Source of the DNA: an uncultured Candidatus Saccharibacteria bacterium | Lineage (GTDB): Bacteria > Patescibacteriota > Doudnabacteria > UBA920 | Direction of reading: 5' to 3' | DNA: 56,994 nucleotides | NCBI GenBank assembly: GCA_964436545.1 | Contig: CAYTCJ010000004.1 | Coordinates: 1-56,994 of the forward strand | Part shown: positions 48,569-56,994 of the stretch, piece after piece | How positions within the stretch are numbered: position 1 is the stretch's first letter | Layout of the letters: every line of letters starts with the position of its first letter | Notes under the pieces: generated by a model | Told to the model about the DNA's origin: nothing | Databases searched by the model: none | The model's input: the letters and a program-made list of their open reading frames with translations, nothing else | Made by a program: the position numbers and the translations under genes

Positions 48569-50650
48569 TTATAAATGAGTTTTAAGGGTTTTGGCGAGTT
48601 TTAATCCCACAGTATTTACCAGATCATCAAAATTGGCATTTTTAATGTCGGTGATGGTGCCAAAGTGTGTCTTGAGGAGTTTTTTAGTTTTGGGTCCAAT
48701 GCCGGGAATTTCATCTAAAGCCGATTTGACGGCTTGTTGGCTACGTAACTTTCTGTGAAAAGTAATGCCAAAACGGTGAGCCTCATCTCTTATTCTTTGT
48801 AAGAGCTGTAAAGTGGGACTGGTGTGGGGGAGGAGTAAGGGTAAACTTTGGTTGGGGAGAAAAATTTCCTCTAGTCTTTTGGCCAATCCAATGGCTGGAA
48901 TAGCGTTTAGTGAGTAGCGTTTAGCGTTTAGAACTGATAAAGCAGCACTCAACTGGCCTTTGCCTCCGTCAACTATTATTAGATCCGGTAAGTCCCAAGG
49001 TTTAAGTTTTGTGTTTTGTAATGTATGATTTGTTTCGAATTTAGGGTTTGGATTTTCGGATTTAAGGCCGGTTTGGCTTCGCATTAGTCGGCGCGTTAGC
49101 ATTTCTTTCAGCATGGCAAAATCGTCAGGTCCGCCAGCTGGCGGACTGATTTGGATTTTAAATTTTCGGTACTCGCTTTTTTTGGGCAGACCATTTTCAA
49201 ACACCACCATACTACCCACCGGATTTGTGCCTTGCAGGTTGGAAATATCAAAACACTCTATGCGTTTAGGTAAACGAGGTAAGTGTAATTGGGTTTGTAA
49301 ATCTAAGAGGGAATTATGAATTTGGTCTTGGTGTTCGCCAAGACTGAGGAGGTGGTGTTTTAAATATTCTTGAGCATTGGTTTCCCCTAGGGTGAGTAAT
49401 TGTTTGGCAATGCTTTTTTGAGGAATTTTAATTTGGACTCGATGTTGAAAACGGTGGCGGATTAATTTGAGGATTAACTCGGGATTGGGGATTTTAAAAG
49501 GTAAAAAGATTGTTTGGGGCAAATCGTGAGTTTCGGTGTAATAAGTTTCTAAAAAAGTTTGTGCAATTTGACTACCGTAGTTATCTGTAGATTCGGAGTG
49601 AATCTGAACATTTGAATCGGGTGTTTTGTAGATGAAGTTTTCCTTACCCAGCATTTTCCCTTGGCGAATTTTAAATAAATTTACACACCATAAGTGGTGT
49701 TGATGGGTTAAAGCCACCAGATCCCAAGATACGAGTTTCGGCAAAATCATATGTTGTTTTTCCGTAAGCTGAGTAAGGGCTTTAAGTTGATCGCGTAAGC
49801 GGATAGCGGTTTCAAATTTTTTAGCTTTAGCCATTTTAAGCATTGTGCTTTGCGTATTTTTAAGCAGGCTTGATATATTTCCGCGTAAAAAGTCTTGAAT
49901 GGTTTTAAGGTGCGCGGAATATTGTGCCAAGGTAATTTTTCCCATACATACGCCTGGGCAACGGTGCAGATGAAAATAAAAACAAGGCTTGCCCGGTTTT
50001 GGAGCACTGCACAGGCCGAAAATTTTTCTAATGGTTAAAATTAAATCACGAATTTTTTTGGCCGAAGTATAAGGACCAAAGAACTCCCCCTGCCCCCTCT
50101 TTGGCCAAAGAGGGGGGGAGGGGGGAGTTAGGCTATGGGTTTTAGGTACGGAAAAATTGCCCATCTGTTTTAAAGCGGGAGAAGGGGGAGTTAAGCGTTT
50201 AGCGGTTAGAGAGGAGTGAGTAGGGCTGGTTACTGACTGCTGATTTGATTGAAAATTGAAAACTGAAAATTGAAAATTAGCTTCCTGAAGTTTTCGTTTT
50301 ATGACAATTTGCGGAATTGGGGTGGAGTAGTCAAAAACCAAAAATGCGTAATTTTTATCATCACGCAAATCTATATTGTATTTAGGCTTGTGGGTTTGGA
50401 TTAAGGTGCGTTCCAAATATAAAGCCTCCAGCTCAGTATGGACAACGGTATAGTTAAAATCTACCGCTTCTTTCATTAAAAAAGGAATTTGGGGACGCTC
50501 ATCATTACCGGCAAAATATTGCCTTACCCGCGAGCGTAAATTTTTGGCTTTTCCAATGTAAAGAATTTTCCCATCTTTATTTAGAAATTGATATACGCCT
50601 GGGGTGTTGGGCAGGGATTTGAGTTTGTGAGAGATATTAAGTAGAGTCAT
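48569..50650 (-). CDS. uvrC: Excinuclease ABC subunit C, carrying an about 60-aa in-frame insertion after the GIY-YIG domain
   Basis: 693 aa. GIY-YIG N-terminus (GVYQFLNKDGKILYIGKAKNLRSRV..YF), FGPY, the Cys-rich/UVR region, the RNase H-like endonuclease domain, and C-terminal (HhH)2 (IPGIGPKT...L). Confidence 0.9.
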   Translation of the reverse strand: MTLLNISHKLKSLPNTPGVYQFLNKDGKILYIGKAKNLRSRVRQYFAGNDERPQIPFLMKEAVDFNYTVVHTELEALYLERTLIQTHKPKYNIDLRDDKNYAFLVFDYSTPIPQIVIKRKLQEANFQFSVFNFQSNQQSVTSPTHSSLTAKRLTPPSPALKQMGNFSVPKTHSLTPPSPPLWPKRGQGEFFGPYTSAKKIRDLILTIRKIFGLCSAPKPGKPCFYFHLHRCPGVCMGKITLAQYSAHLKTIQDFLRGNISSLLKNTQSTMLKMAKAKKFETAIRLRDQLKALTQLTEKQHMILPKLVSWDLVALTHQHHLWCVNLFKIRQGKMLGKENFIYKTPDSNVQIHSESTDNYGSQIAQTFLETYYTETHDLPQTIFLPFKIPNPELILKLIRHRFQHRVQIKIPQKSIAKQLLTLGETNAQEYLKHHLLSLGEHQDQIHNSLLDLQTQLHLPRLPKRIECFDISNLQGTNPVGSMVVFENGLPKKSEYRKFKIQISPPAGGPDDFAMLKEMLTRRLMRSQTGLKSENPNPKFETNHTLQNTKLKPWDLPDLIIVDGGKGQLSAALSVLNAKRYSLNAIPAIGLAKRLEEIFLPNQSLPLLLPHTSPTLQLLQRIRDEAHRFGITFHRKLRSQQAVKSALDEIPGIGPKTKKLLKTHFGTITDIKNANFDDLVNTVGLKLAKTLKTHL

Positions 50651-50825
50651 TGCTTTATTATTTTAAAGCTATTGCTCAGTCTTGACAAATGTGGTAGACT
50701 TTTTACTAATCCATTGCGATACGAATATACGAATGCATGCGAATGACACGAATCATACCAATATACGAATGCCACGAGTTAGTAGTTATTTGTTGATTGG
50801 TTTAAATTTGTAGATTAGATATTTT

Positions 50826-53672
50826 ATGCAAGAAAAAATTATTATTCGGGGTGCCAGACAACATAATTTAAAAAATATCAATTTAGATTTACCCAGAAAC
50901 AAGCTGGTGGTGCTAACCGGTTTGTCCGGCAGTGGTAAATCGTCTTTAGCTTTTGATACCATATATGCCGAAGGGCAAAGGCGCTATGTGGAAAGCTTGT
51001 CCGCTTACGCTCGGCAGTTTTTAGGGCTTATGGATAAGCCCGATGTAGATAAAATTGAAGGCTTGTCTCCTGCCATTTCCATTGACCAAAAATCTGCCAG
51101 TCATAATCCGCGTTCGACAGTGGGTACGGTTACGGAAATTTACGACTATATGCGTTTGTTGTGGGCGCGGGTGGGGATTCCGCATTGTCCCATTTGTCAG
51201 AAAAAAATTTCCAGCCAAACGGTGCAAGTTATGGTAGATAAAATTTTAAACTTGCCGAAAGGTAGTAAGATTATGCTCCTCGCACCTTTTATTAAAGATC
51301 AAAAAGGGGAGCACAGGTTAATTTTAGAGCGGATTAAAAAAAGCGGTTTTGCTCGGATTCGGTTAGATGGCACGGTTATGGATTTAAACGAAGCTTTTAG
51401 TGTTAAATTAGACAAACAGAAAAAACATACTATAGATGTGGTGGTAGATAGGTTAGTGGTGGAGGGGGGCGAAAAGGGGCGAATTACCGAAAGTTTGGAA
51501 AAGGCTTTGGATTTGGGCGATGGTTTAGCCGTAGTAACTGAGCTGGAGACCACCGGTAAGTTCCCCGATCTAATCTTATCCCAAAAGTTCGCTTGTCCCG
51601 AAGGCCACGTGTCTTTACCGGAATTAGACCCCAGAGATTTTAGTTTTAACAGTCCGCACGGGGCGTGCGGGGAATGTAAAGGTTTGGGGCATAAGTTAAC
51701 CGTGGAAGCCGATTTGGTGATTCCTAATCCCAAACTTACTTTAGCTGAAGGCGCGGTAAGACCGTGGAGTAAAACCACTTCCCGCGTGTCTTGGTATTTT
51801 CGGATTTTAGAAGCCGTGGCCAAAGAGTATGGGTTTTCTATGCATACTCCGGTGAAAGCTTTACCGCAAAAATTTATAGATATTGTGCTGTATGGCACCG
51901 GGGAAAAGAAAATTTTTATTCAAGGTGAGTTTGCGTCCCGAGAAGGTAATTTCGAAATGAATACCGCCTTTGAAGGCGTAATTTCCAATTTGGAAAGACG
52001 CTACAAAGAGACCGATTCCGAATATATGCGCGGGGAAATTGAACAGTATATGCGCATAAAAAAATGCGATTTGTGCCAAGGACAAAGATTAAAAGCCGAA
52101 GCGCGGGGAGTGTTGGTAAATAATTTGAGTATTGTGGCGGTCAGTGCCATGTCCATAGAACGCGCGAGTGCATTTTTTACGGAATTACCAAGCAAAATGA
52201 ATGTGAAGGAAATGACGATCGCCAAGCAGATTTTAAAAGAAATTAATGCGCGCTTGAGTTTTTTGTTAAATGTGGGACTCGCGTATTTGTCTTTAGATAG
52301 AAGTGCGGAAACTTTGTCGGGCGGGGAAGCACAAAGAATTCGCTTGGCTACGCAAATTGGTTCGGGACTTACCGGGGTGTTGTATATTTTAGACGAACCT
52401 TCGATTGGTTTGCATCAGCGAGATAACGGTAGACTCCTAAAAACTTTAAAGGAACTGCGGGATTTGGGGAATACGGTAATTGTCGTGGAGCACGACGAAG
52501 AAACCATTCGCGAAGCCGATTGGGTGGTGGATATTGGACCCGGGGCAGGCAAGCACGGCGGGGAAGTGGTGGCAGAAGGCGAGCCCAGCAAAATTGAAAA
52601 AAATAAACAGAGCATTACCGGCCAATATTTATCTGGGGTGGAAAAAATTGAATTGCCTAAAAGACGCCGAACCGGCAATGGCAAAAAAATTAGTATTGTG
52701 GGCGCTGAAGAGTTTAATTTAAAAAATTTGAACGCCGAAATTCCCTTAGGTAAATTTGTGTGCGTGACTGGAGTTTCGGGTAGCGGAAAATCCACTTTGT
52801 TTAATGATATTTTGGCCAAAGCTCTATATAAATATTTCTTTAACAGTAAAGATGAGCCGGGTAAACATAAAAAAATTACTGGCATGGAACACATAGATAA
52901 AGTAATTAATATTGACCAAAGTCCTATTGGCAGAACGCCTCGAAGCAACCCCGCCACTTACACGGGTTTGTTTACACCCATTCGAGATTTATTTGCCACG
53001 ACTCAAGAAGCGCGCATGCGCGGGTACCAAGCCGGGCGGTTTAGTTTTAATGTCAAAGGGGGCAGGTGTGAAAATTGTGCCGGCGATGGCGTTATAAAAG
53101 TGGAAATGAATTTTTTGCCCGATGTGTATGTCACGTGTGAAGAGTGTAAGGGTAAACGTTATAACCGAGAAGCGTTGGAAATTCACTATAAGGAAAAAAC
53201 CATTTCCGATTGTTTAAACATGACGGTAGACGAAGCCAAAATCTTTTTTGCCAGTATTCCGGCGATTCATAAAAAACTGCAAACCTTAAGCGAAGTGGGT
53301 TTGGGTTATATGCATTTGGGCCAGAACGCCACGACTTTGTCGGGTGGGGAAGCACAAAGAATTAAATTAGCCACCGAGCTTTCCAGAGCTTCCACCGGAC
53401 GCACTTTGTATTTACTGGATGAGCCTACCACGGGTCTGCATTTTGCCGATGTTAAACGCTTAATTGCTGTGTTAAATAAATTGGTGGAAAAAGGCAATAC
53501 GGTGGTGGTAATTGAGCATAATTTGGATATGATTAAAACCGCGGACTGGCTTTTGGATTTAGGACCAGAAGGTGGGGATAAAGGTGGGCAGTTAGTGGCA
53601 GTGGGCACGCCCGAAGACGTGGCTAAAGTTAAAGCCAGTTACACCGGCCAGTATTTAAAAAAGGTTTTGTAA
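50826..53672 (+). CDS. uvrA: Excinuclease ABC subunit A
   Basis: 948 aa. Two ABC modules ([24 protein letters not shown]; LSGGEAQR twice), zinc-finger Cys clusters, and a typical length. Confidence 0.95.
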   Translation: MQEKIIIRGARQHNLKNINLDLPRNKLVVLTGLSGSGKSSLAFDTIYAEGQRRYVESLSAYARQFLGLMDKPDVDKIEGLSPAISIDQKSASHNPRSTVGTVTEIYDYMRLLWARVGIPHCPICQKKISSQTVQVMVDKILNLPKGSKIMLLAPFIKDQKGEHRLILERIKKSGFARIRLDGTVMDLNEAFSVKLDKQKKHTIDVVVDRLVVEGGEKGRITESLEKALDLGDGLAVVTELETTGKFPDLILSQKFACPEGHVSLPELDPRDFSFNSPHGACGECKGLGHKLTVEADLVIPNPKLTLAEGAVRPWSKTTSRVSWYFRILEAVAKEYGFSMHTPVKALPQKFIDIVLYGTGEKKIFIQGEFASREGNFEMNTAFEGVISNLERRYKETDSEYMRGEIEQYMRIKKCDLCQGQRLKAEARGVLVNNLSIVAVSAMSIERASAFFTELPSKMNVKEMTIAKQILKEINARLSFLLNVGLAYLSLDRSAETLSGGEAQRIRLATQIGSGLTGVLYILDEPSIGLHQRDNGRLLKTLKELRDLGNTVIVVEHDEETIREADWVVDIGPGAGKHGGEVVAEGEPSKIEKNKQSITGQYLSGVEKIELPKRRRTGNGKKISIVGAEEFNLKNLNAEIPLGKFVCVTGVSGSGKSTLFNDILAKALYKYFFNSKDEPGKHKKITGMEHIDKVINIDQSPIGRTPRSNPATYTGLFTPIRDLFATTQEARMRGYQAGRFSFNVKGGRCENCAGDGVIKVEMNFLPDVYVTCEECKGKRYNREALEIHYKEKTISDCLNMTVDEAKIFFASIPAIHKKLQTLSEVGLGYMHLGQNATTLSGGEAQRIKLATELSRASTGRTLYLLDEPTTGLHFADVKRLIAVLNKLVEKGNTVVVIEHNLDMIKTADWLLDLGPEGGDKGGQLVAVGTPEDVAKVKASYTGQYLKKVL

Positions 53673-53686
53673 AAGTTTTAAACATA

Positions 53687-53726
53687 AAAATGCAGACTTC
53701 TAAAATTAATTGGAAGTCTGCATTTT
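53687..53726. terminator. Bidirectional terminator between uvrA and the convergent SNF2 gene
   Basis: AAAATGCAGACTTC-(12-nt loop)-GAAGTCTGCATTTT. Confidence 0.6.
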
Positions 53727-53743
53727 AAAATCAAGAATTAAAA

Positions 53744-56700
53744 TTAATGCGATTTAATTAAAATCACCCCTTTACTTTTTTCCAGTTCTTTAAATAAGAC
53801 ATAATGGCCTCCTAATTTTATACGTGCAAATTTATGCGAAATTAAAATATCTCTTGGAATTTCTTTAATTTCGCCATGAATGGATTGCAAACTCTCTGCT
53901 AATGAGTGAATTGCCTGTTCTTCTGCTAAAGCAGTTTTGTCTGTTTCGTTCAGTTCCAGGGTTATTGTTTGTTTTCCCAAAGTTATTGCAGTCAATATGC
54001 CTCTGGTGTCCCTAAAGGTTTTTTTGTGCCCAGCAAAATTCAGTTTTAAACTATCAGCTAATGTTTTCTCTTCGGTCTTATCTTCCTTAATAAGTTCTTT
54101 TAAAGTTTCAAAATCAGCTGTTTCAGTTTTTACTAATGCGTAAGTTCTTGCTTGAAAGTTTTCACCTAAGATTTCGCCAGTATATTTTTCGTCTATGGTA
54201 AAGCCCGCTAAAGTAATTAATTCTTTAAACCCCGTCTCATTTTTAAATTCTGTTCCGTGCTGTAGGGTAATGAGAGCTTTGCCCCCTATTTGTAATACTC
54301 GGTTGATTTCACAAATAGTTCGCAATCTTTCAAAGTCATTTTGACTGGGCCTAAAGCTGGTATAGTGTAGTCCCAAAGCTAAATTTACTGCCACTACTGC
54401 TTCTGTTTTTACGGGTATTTGAGAGATTCCACCAACTACAGCTGTGGTAGTACCTTCGGTTTTTTGCCATATGCCGTCAGTAGATTTGGTGACAAAGTGT
54501 CCTTGATTAATATCTAAACTTATTACATTACTAGCCTGCCCTGACAGTGCTCTTTTTCTAAGCATTTCAGGTCCTGAAGCTAGGTCAAGTATATGTCCGT
54601 TTGTTGACCCAACAAATTGGCTTAAAATATTGGCATTTACTCTGGCCACATTACTTTGGTAACTTCTATCGCCCAGTACACTGTAATTACCAGCATATCG
54701 GTCACCATATTTAGCTAAAAATTCTTGGAAATGTTCTTCTCCAATATTTTTTATAGAGCCGAACATGGCAAGTAAATCTTGAAAACTATTTAAATAATAC
54801 GAAGCCAGTTCTGGATTAACTTCTAAATCATCTTCAGCTATTTCGTTGTCTTCAGAAAGAATTCTTTGTTCTAGTTCTGTTAACTTTACTCCGGCTAAGA
54901 GTTTTTGGATTGCCTTGTCTTTTAAATCTATATGGCGATGAATGCCTTCTTCCATGGTTCCGGAAGTTATATAAGTTTGCACCAGGAGAGGTTGTTTTAA
55001 GCCTGGTCTATAACAGCGTCCAATTTGCTGGGCTTTTTCTTCTTTTGACCAGGGTTCATTGTATTGAATCATTACATGAGCACCAGAAAGATTTATACCC
55101 ACACCCCCAACTTTACCACTTAAAAACAGCACCATGGGCTCATCGGATTCGTTTAATTGTTTCTGGATTGCTATTCTATCTCCTTCTGGGGTATTGCCAT
55201 CCATAATACAAACCTTACAGTTTGTTGGATAGCGAATATCTTGAATTAAACGATTTTCTCCTTGTGTTAAGCCTTTCACAAAATCGTTAAATACCACAAT
55301 GATTTTATTCCTACCTTCCGAAAAATGAGTTTGAATATCTTGTTCCAGCCGAACTTGTTTACCCATTTGGTGTTCACCCGGTGGTTCCAATTCTAAAATC
55401 GCTGGATTGAGTAAAAATTGTCTTAAGATGGTAATTTTTTGCATGGGACTTAATTCATCATCTTGCAAAATTACTTCGTAAGCTTTTTTAAACCATGGAT
55501 TAAGTGTGATTTCTATTTCCTCCTCCAACAGAGGAGGCATATCAACCGTTTCCGCTAGAGTCTTTCTTTGCATCTTAGGGACTAAAAGAGCTCTTAAATC
55601 AGTAATGTCGCCATTAATAATTTGCAGGGCAAGTTCTTTGACTTCTAGAGTGGCAAATCTCTCCGGATAAAGGAGTTTTAACACAATTGCTATATCTTTC
55701 ACTTTATTTGGAGCGGGGGTTGCTGAAAGTAAGGCTACATATTTTTCCGGATTTTCAAATTGCTTGGCTAAGTCTTGCAAAGCTTGCCCTCTCACTCCAT
55801 GGGGATTTTTAAAGCCATGAACTTCATCTACTATTAACATTTCGGAATTTAATTTTTTAAGTGCAGTGGCATATTCAGAGTCTAGTCTTTCATGGGAGAT
55901 AATCACATATTCTGCTTCTTGCGCGTCTTTGCTTTCTACATCTGCTAGAGAAGAAATAACACAAACTTTAGGTTTTTTCCCCTCCACAAAATACCCTTTT
56001 TTGTCTTGGTCGCTTAAATATTCTTGCCAGGTGGAAATAACATTGGCCGGCGCCATGACTAGAGCTTGTTTTACACCTAAATGTTCTTTAGCCACAATTA
56101 CAGAACCAGACTTGCCAACTCCCATGCGGTCAGCAATGAGTAAATGACGTTGTTCTTTTAATTCTTGGATGTTTATGATTTGGGCAATGTCTGGAAACTC
56201 TCTATCGTCGGTTAGACTTGCAGTCATGCGAGCTGGACGCTCCCAAGTGTCAAAATTTTTATGAAAGTATTCATTGACTTTTTTGCTAATTTCTAAAAAT
56301 AAATCTTGTGCTTCTGTGGGCACTTTTTGGGTCAAACTTGCCAAATACTCGGATACTTCTTTAGAAGCTGTGTTGGCTTTAATCTTTTTTCTTGCAAGAT
56401 GAGACGAACAATTTTGCACTAAACAGACATACAGACCTGCTTGTAAGTCAGGGTTTTCTAGGAATTTTTTTTCTAAATAAGCTAAATTTTCCGGCTTGAA
56501 AGGTGGAATTAAAACCAAAGTTGCTCCTAAATAGTCACCTATGACAGATTTTACAAAAGCGTCTTGCACCTTTTTATATTGAGGATGGTGGGCAAACAAA
56601 ATATCCGCTGCTGTATGAGGGCCAAACAAAGATACCCAAACTTTAAATTTTTCAAGCAAAGCAGGATCTGTAGCTATTTTTTTAATTTCCGCTTTAAATT

Positions 56701-56994
56701 CCCCAGTTATTCTTTCTGCTTCTTTTTCTGTTTCAATTTGAGCAACTATTTCTGCCTTTGCTTCCTCTACACTTTTTCCATCTGCCAGAAGATCTAGGAA
56801 TTTAAGAAAGTTTTTGTATCGCAATTTAATTTTGATTCGCAAATTAATTTTCGTACGTACAGTTGCCCAACTGTCACTATATTTGTTCTTTCCAAAAATT
56901 ATATTAAAATTAAATTTAATTTTTTCTGAGCTTGCACTTATCTCCTCATATCTTTGTATTTTAGAACCAGTCCTTGTATTATATTCAGCTAAAA
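53744..56994 (-). CDS. SNF2-family helicase fused to a C-terminal SAM-dependent methyltransferase-like domain; probably 5'-partial (the frame stays open to the window edge)
   Basis: SNF2 motifs LIADRMGVGKS, DEVHGFKN, LLSATPAPN, GGVGINL and QQIGRCYRPG. The C-terminal ILDLASGPE ... VISLDIN resembles methyltransferase motifs I and II. The ORF track starts at a TTG (56842), but I found no in-frame stop between 56842 and 56994. Confidence 0.8.
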   Translation of the reverse strand, partial: LAEYNTRTGSKIQRYEEISASSEKIKFNFNIIFGKNKYSDSWATVRTKINLRIKIKLRYKNFLKFLDLLADGKSVEEAKAEIVAQIETEKEAERITGEFKAEIKKIATDPALLEKFKVWVSLFGPHTAADILFAHHPQYKKVQDAFVKSVIGDYLGATLVLIPPFKPENLAYLEKKFLENPDLQAGLYVCLVQNCSSHLARKKIKANTASKEVSEYLASLTQKVPTEAQDLFLEISKKVNEYFHKNFDTWERPARMTASLTDDREFPDIAQIINIQELKEQRHLLIADRMGVGKSGSVIVAKEHLGVKQALVMAPANVISTWQEYLSDQDKKGYFVEGKKPKVCVISSLADVESKDAQEAEYVIISHERLDSEYATALKKLNSEMLIVDEVHGFKNPHGVRGQALQDLAKQFENPEKYVALLSATPAPNKVKDIAIVLKLLYPERFATLEVKELALQIINGDITDLRALLVPKMQRKTLAETVDMPPLLEEEIEITLNPWFKKAYEVILQDDELSPMQKITILRQFLLNPAILELEPPGEHQMGKQVRLEQDIQTHFSEGRNKIIVVFNDFVKGLTQGENRLIQDIRYPTNCKVCIMDGNTPEGDRIAIQKQLNESDEPMVLFLSGKVGGVGINLSGAHVMIQYNEPWSKEEKAQQIGRCYRPGLKQPLLVQTYITSGTMEEGIHRHIDLKDKAIQKLLAGVKLTELEQRILSEDNEIAEDDLEVNPELASYYLNSFQDLLAMFGSIKNIGEEHFQEFLAKYGDRYAGNYSVLGDRSYQSNVARVNANILSQFVGSTNGHILDLASGPEMLRKRALSGQASNVISLDINQGHFVTKSTDGIWQKTEGTTTAVVGGISQIPVKTEAVVAVNLALGLHYTSFRPSQNDFERLRTICEINRVLQIGGKALITLQHGTEFKNETGFKELITLAGFTIDEKYTGEILGENFQARTYALVKTETADFETLKELIKEDKTEEKTLADSLKLNFAGHKKTFRDTRGILTAITLGKQTITLELNETDKTALAEEQAIHSLAESLQSIHGEIKEIPRDILISHKFARIKLGGHYVLFKELEKSKGVILIKSH

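Noticed and set aside
51299-51898. 199-aa minus-strand ORF, plus many other 60-180-aa ORFs antisense within uvrA, uvrC, gdh, htrA, trxB, the primase gene and the SNF2 gene
   Set aside because: They are fully nested antisense or out of frame within long ORFs that carry unmistakable conserved motifs. No independent signals support them.
1-56994. CRISPR arrays, rRNA genes, and retron or reverse-transcriptase-associated elements
   Set aside because: I looked for regularly spaced direct repeats of 25-40 nt and for rRNA-like conserved stretches and found none. The only tandem or periodic tracts are the short 7-8-nt A/T tracts and the protein-coding Ig repeats. No reverse transcriptase or cas-like ORF is present.

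Overview
Low-GC, gene-dense bacterial window. The small stand-alone GIY-YIG ORFs, dispersed AT-rich intergenic motifs and streamlined housekeeping genes suggest a CPR/Patescibacteria-type genome; this is inference only. About 1.8-23.3 kb is a mosaic genomic island next to a tRNA-Glu(UUC) gene. Module 1 (about 1.8-15.2 kb) has a large serine recombinase whose 3' end runs antisense through the tRNA, a Prim-Pol/P-loop helicase replication gene, an SF1 helicase fused to a DUF559-type nuclease, and a Gabija pair (OLD-family ATPase/TOPRIM plus UvrD-like helicase). Module 2 (15.2-23.3 kb) is bounded by near-perfect 84-bp direct repeats. It holds an IS200-like transposase remnant, a tight six-gene operon, and a membrane-anchored transglutaminase-like protein that is itself bracketed by about 100-bp imperfect repeats. 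The operon runs: 76-aa protein, GHKL/MORC-like ATPase, 297-aa unknown, TIGR02391-family protein, Pycsar-type cyclase, Pycsar-type TM effector. Its first four genes, co-transcribed with the Pycsar pair, are my best candidate for an undescribed defence module. The remaining about 32 kb is mostly housekeeping: hsp20 with a CIRCE-like operator, htrA, trxB, riboflavin kinase, gdh, a large Ig-repeat surface protein, efp, the rpsF-ssb-rpsR operon, ychF, HAD hydrolase, ECF-type sigma factor, trpS, RNase J, tRNA-Leu, a solute-binding protein, secG, uvrC, uvrA, and an SNF2 helicase-methyltransferase fusion running off the right edge. Oddities in this part include a GC-rich about 1-kb insert encoding a TonB-type protein, an about 200-nt in-frame repeat insertion in uvrC, a rearranged tRNA-like locus around tRNA-Leu, and several candidate structured RNAs. 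I saw no CRISPR array and no rRNA. All calls come from motif recognition by eye and none has been checked against a database.
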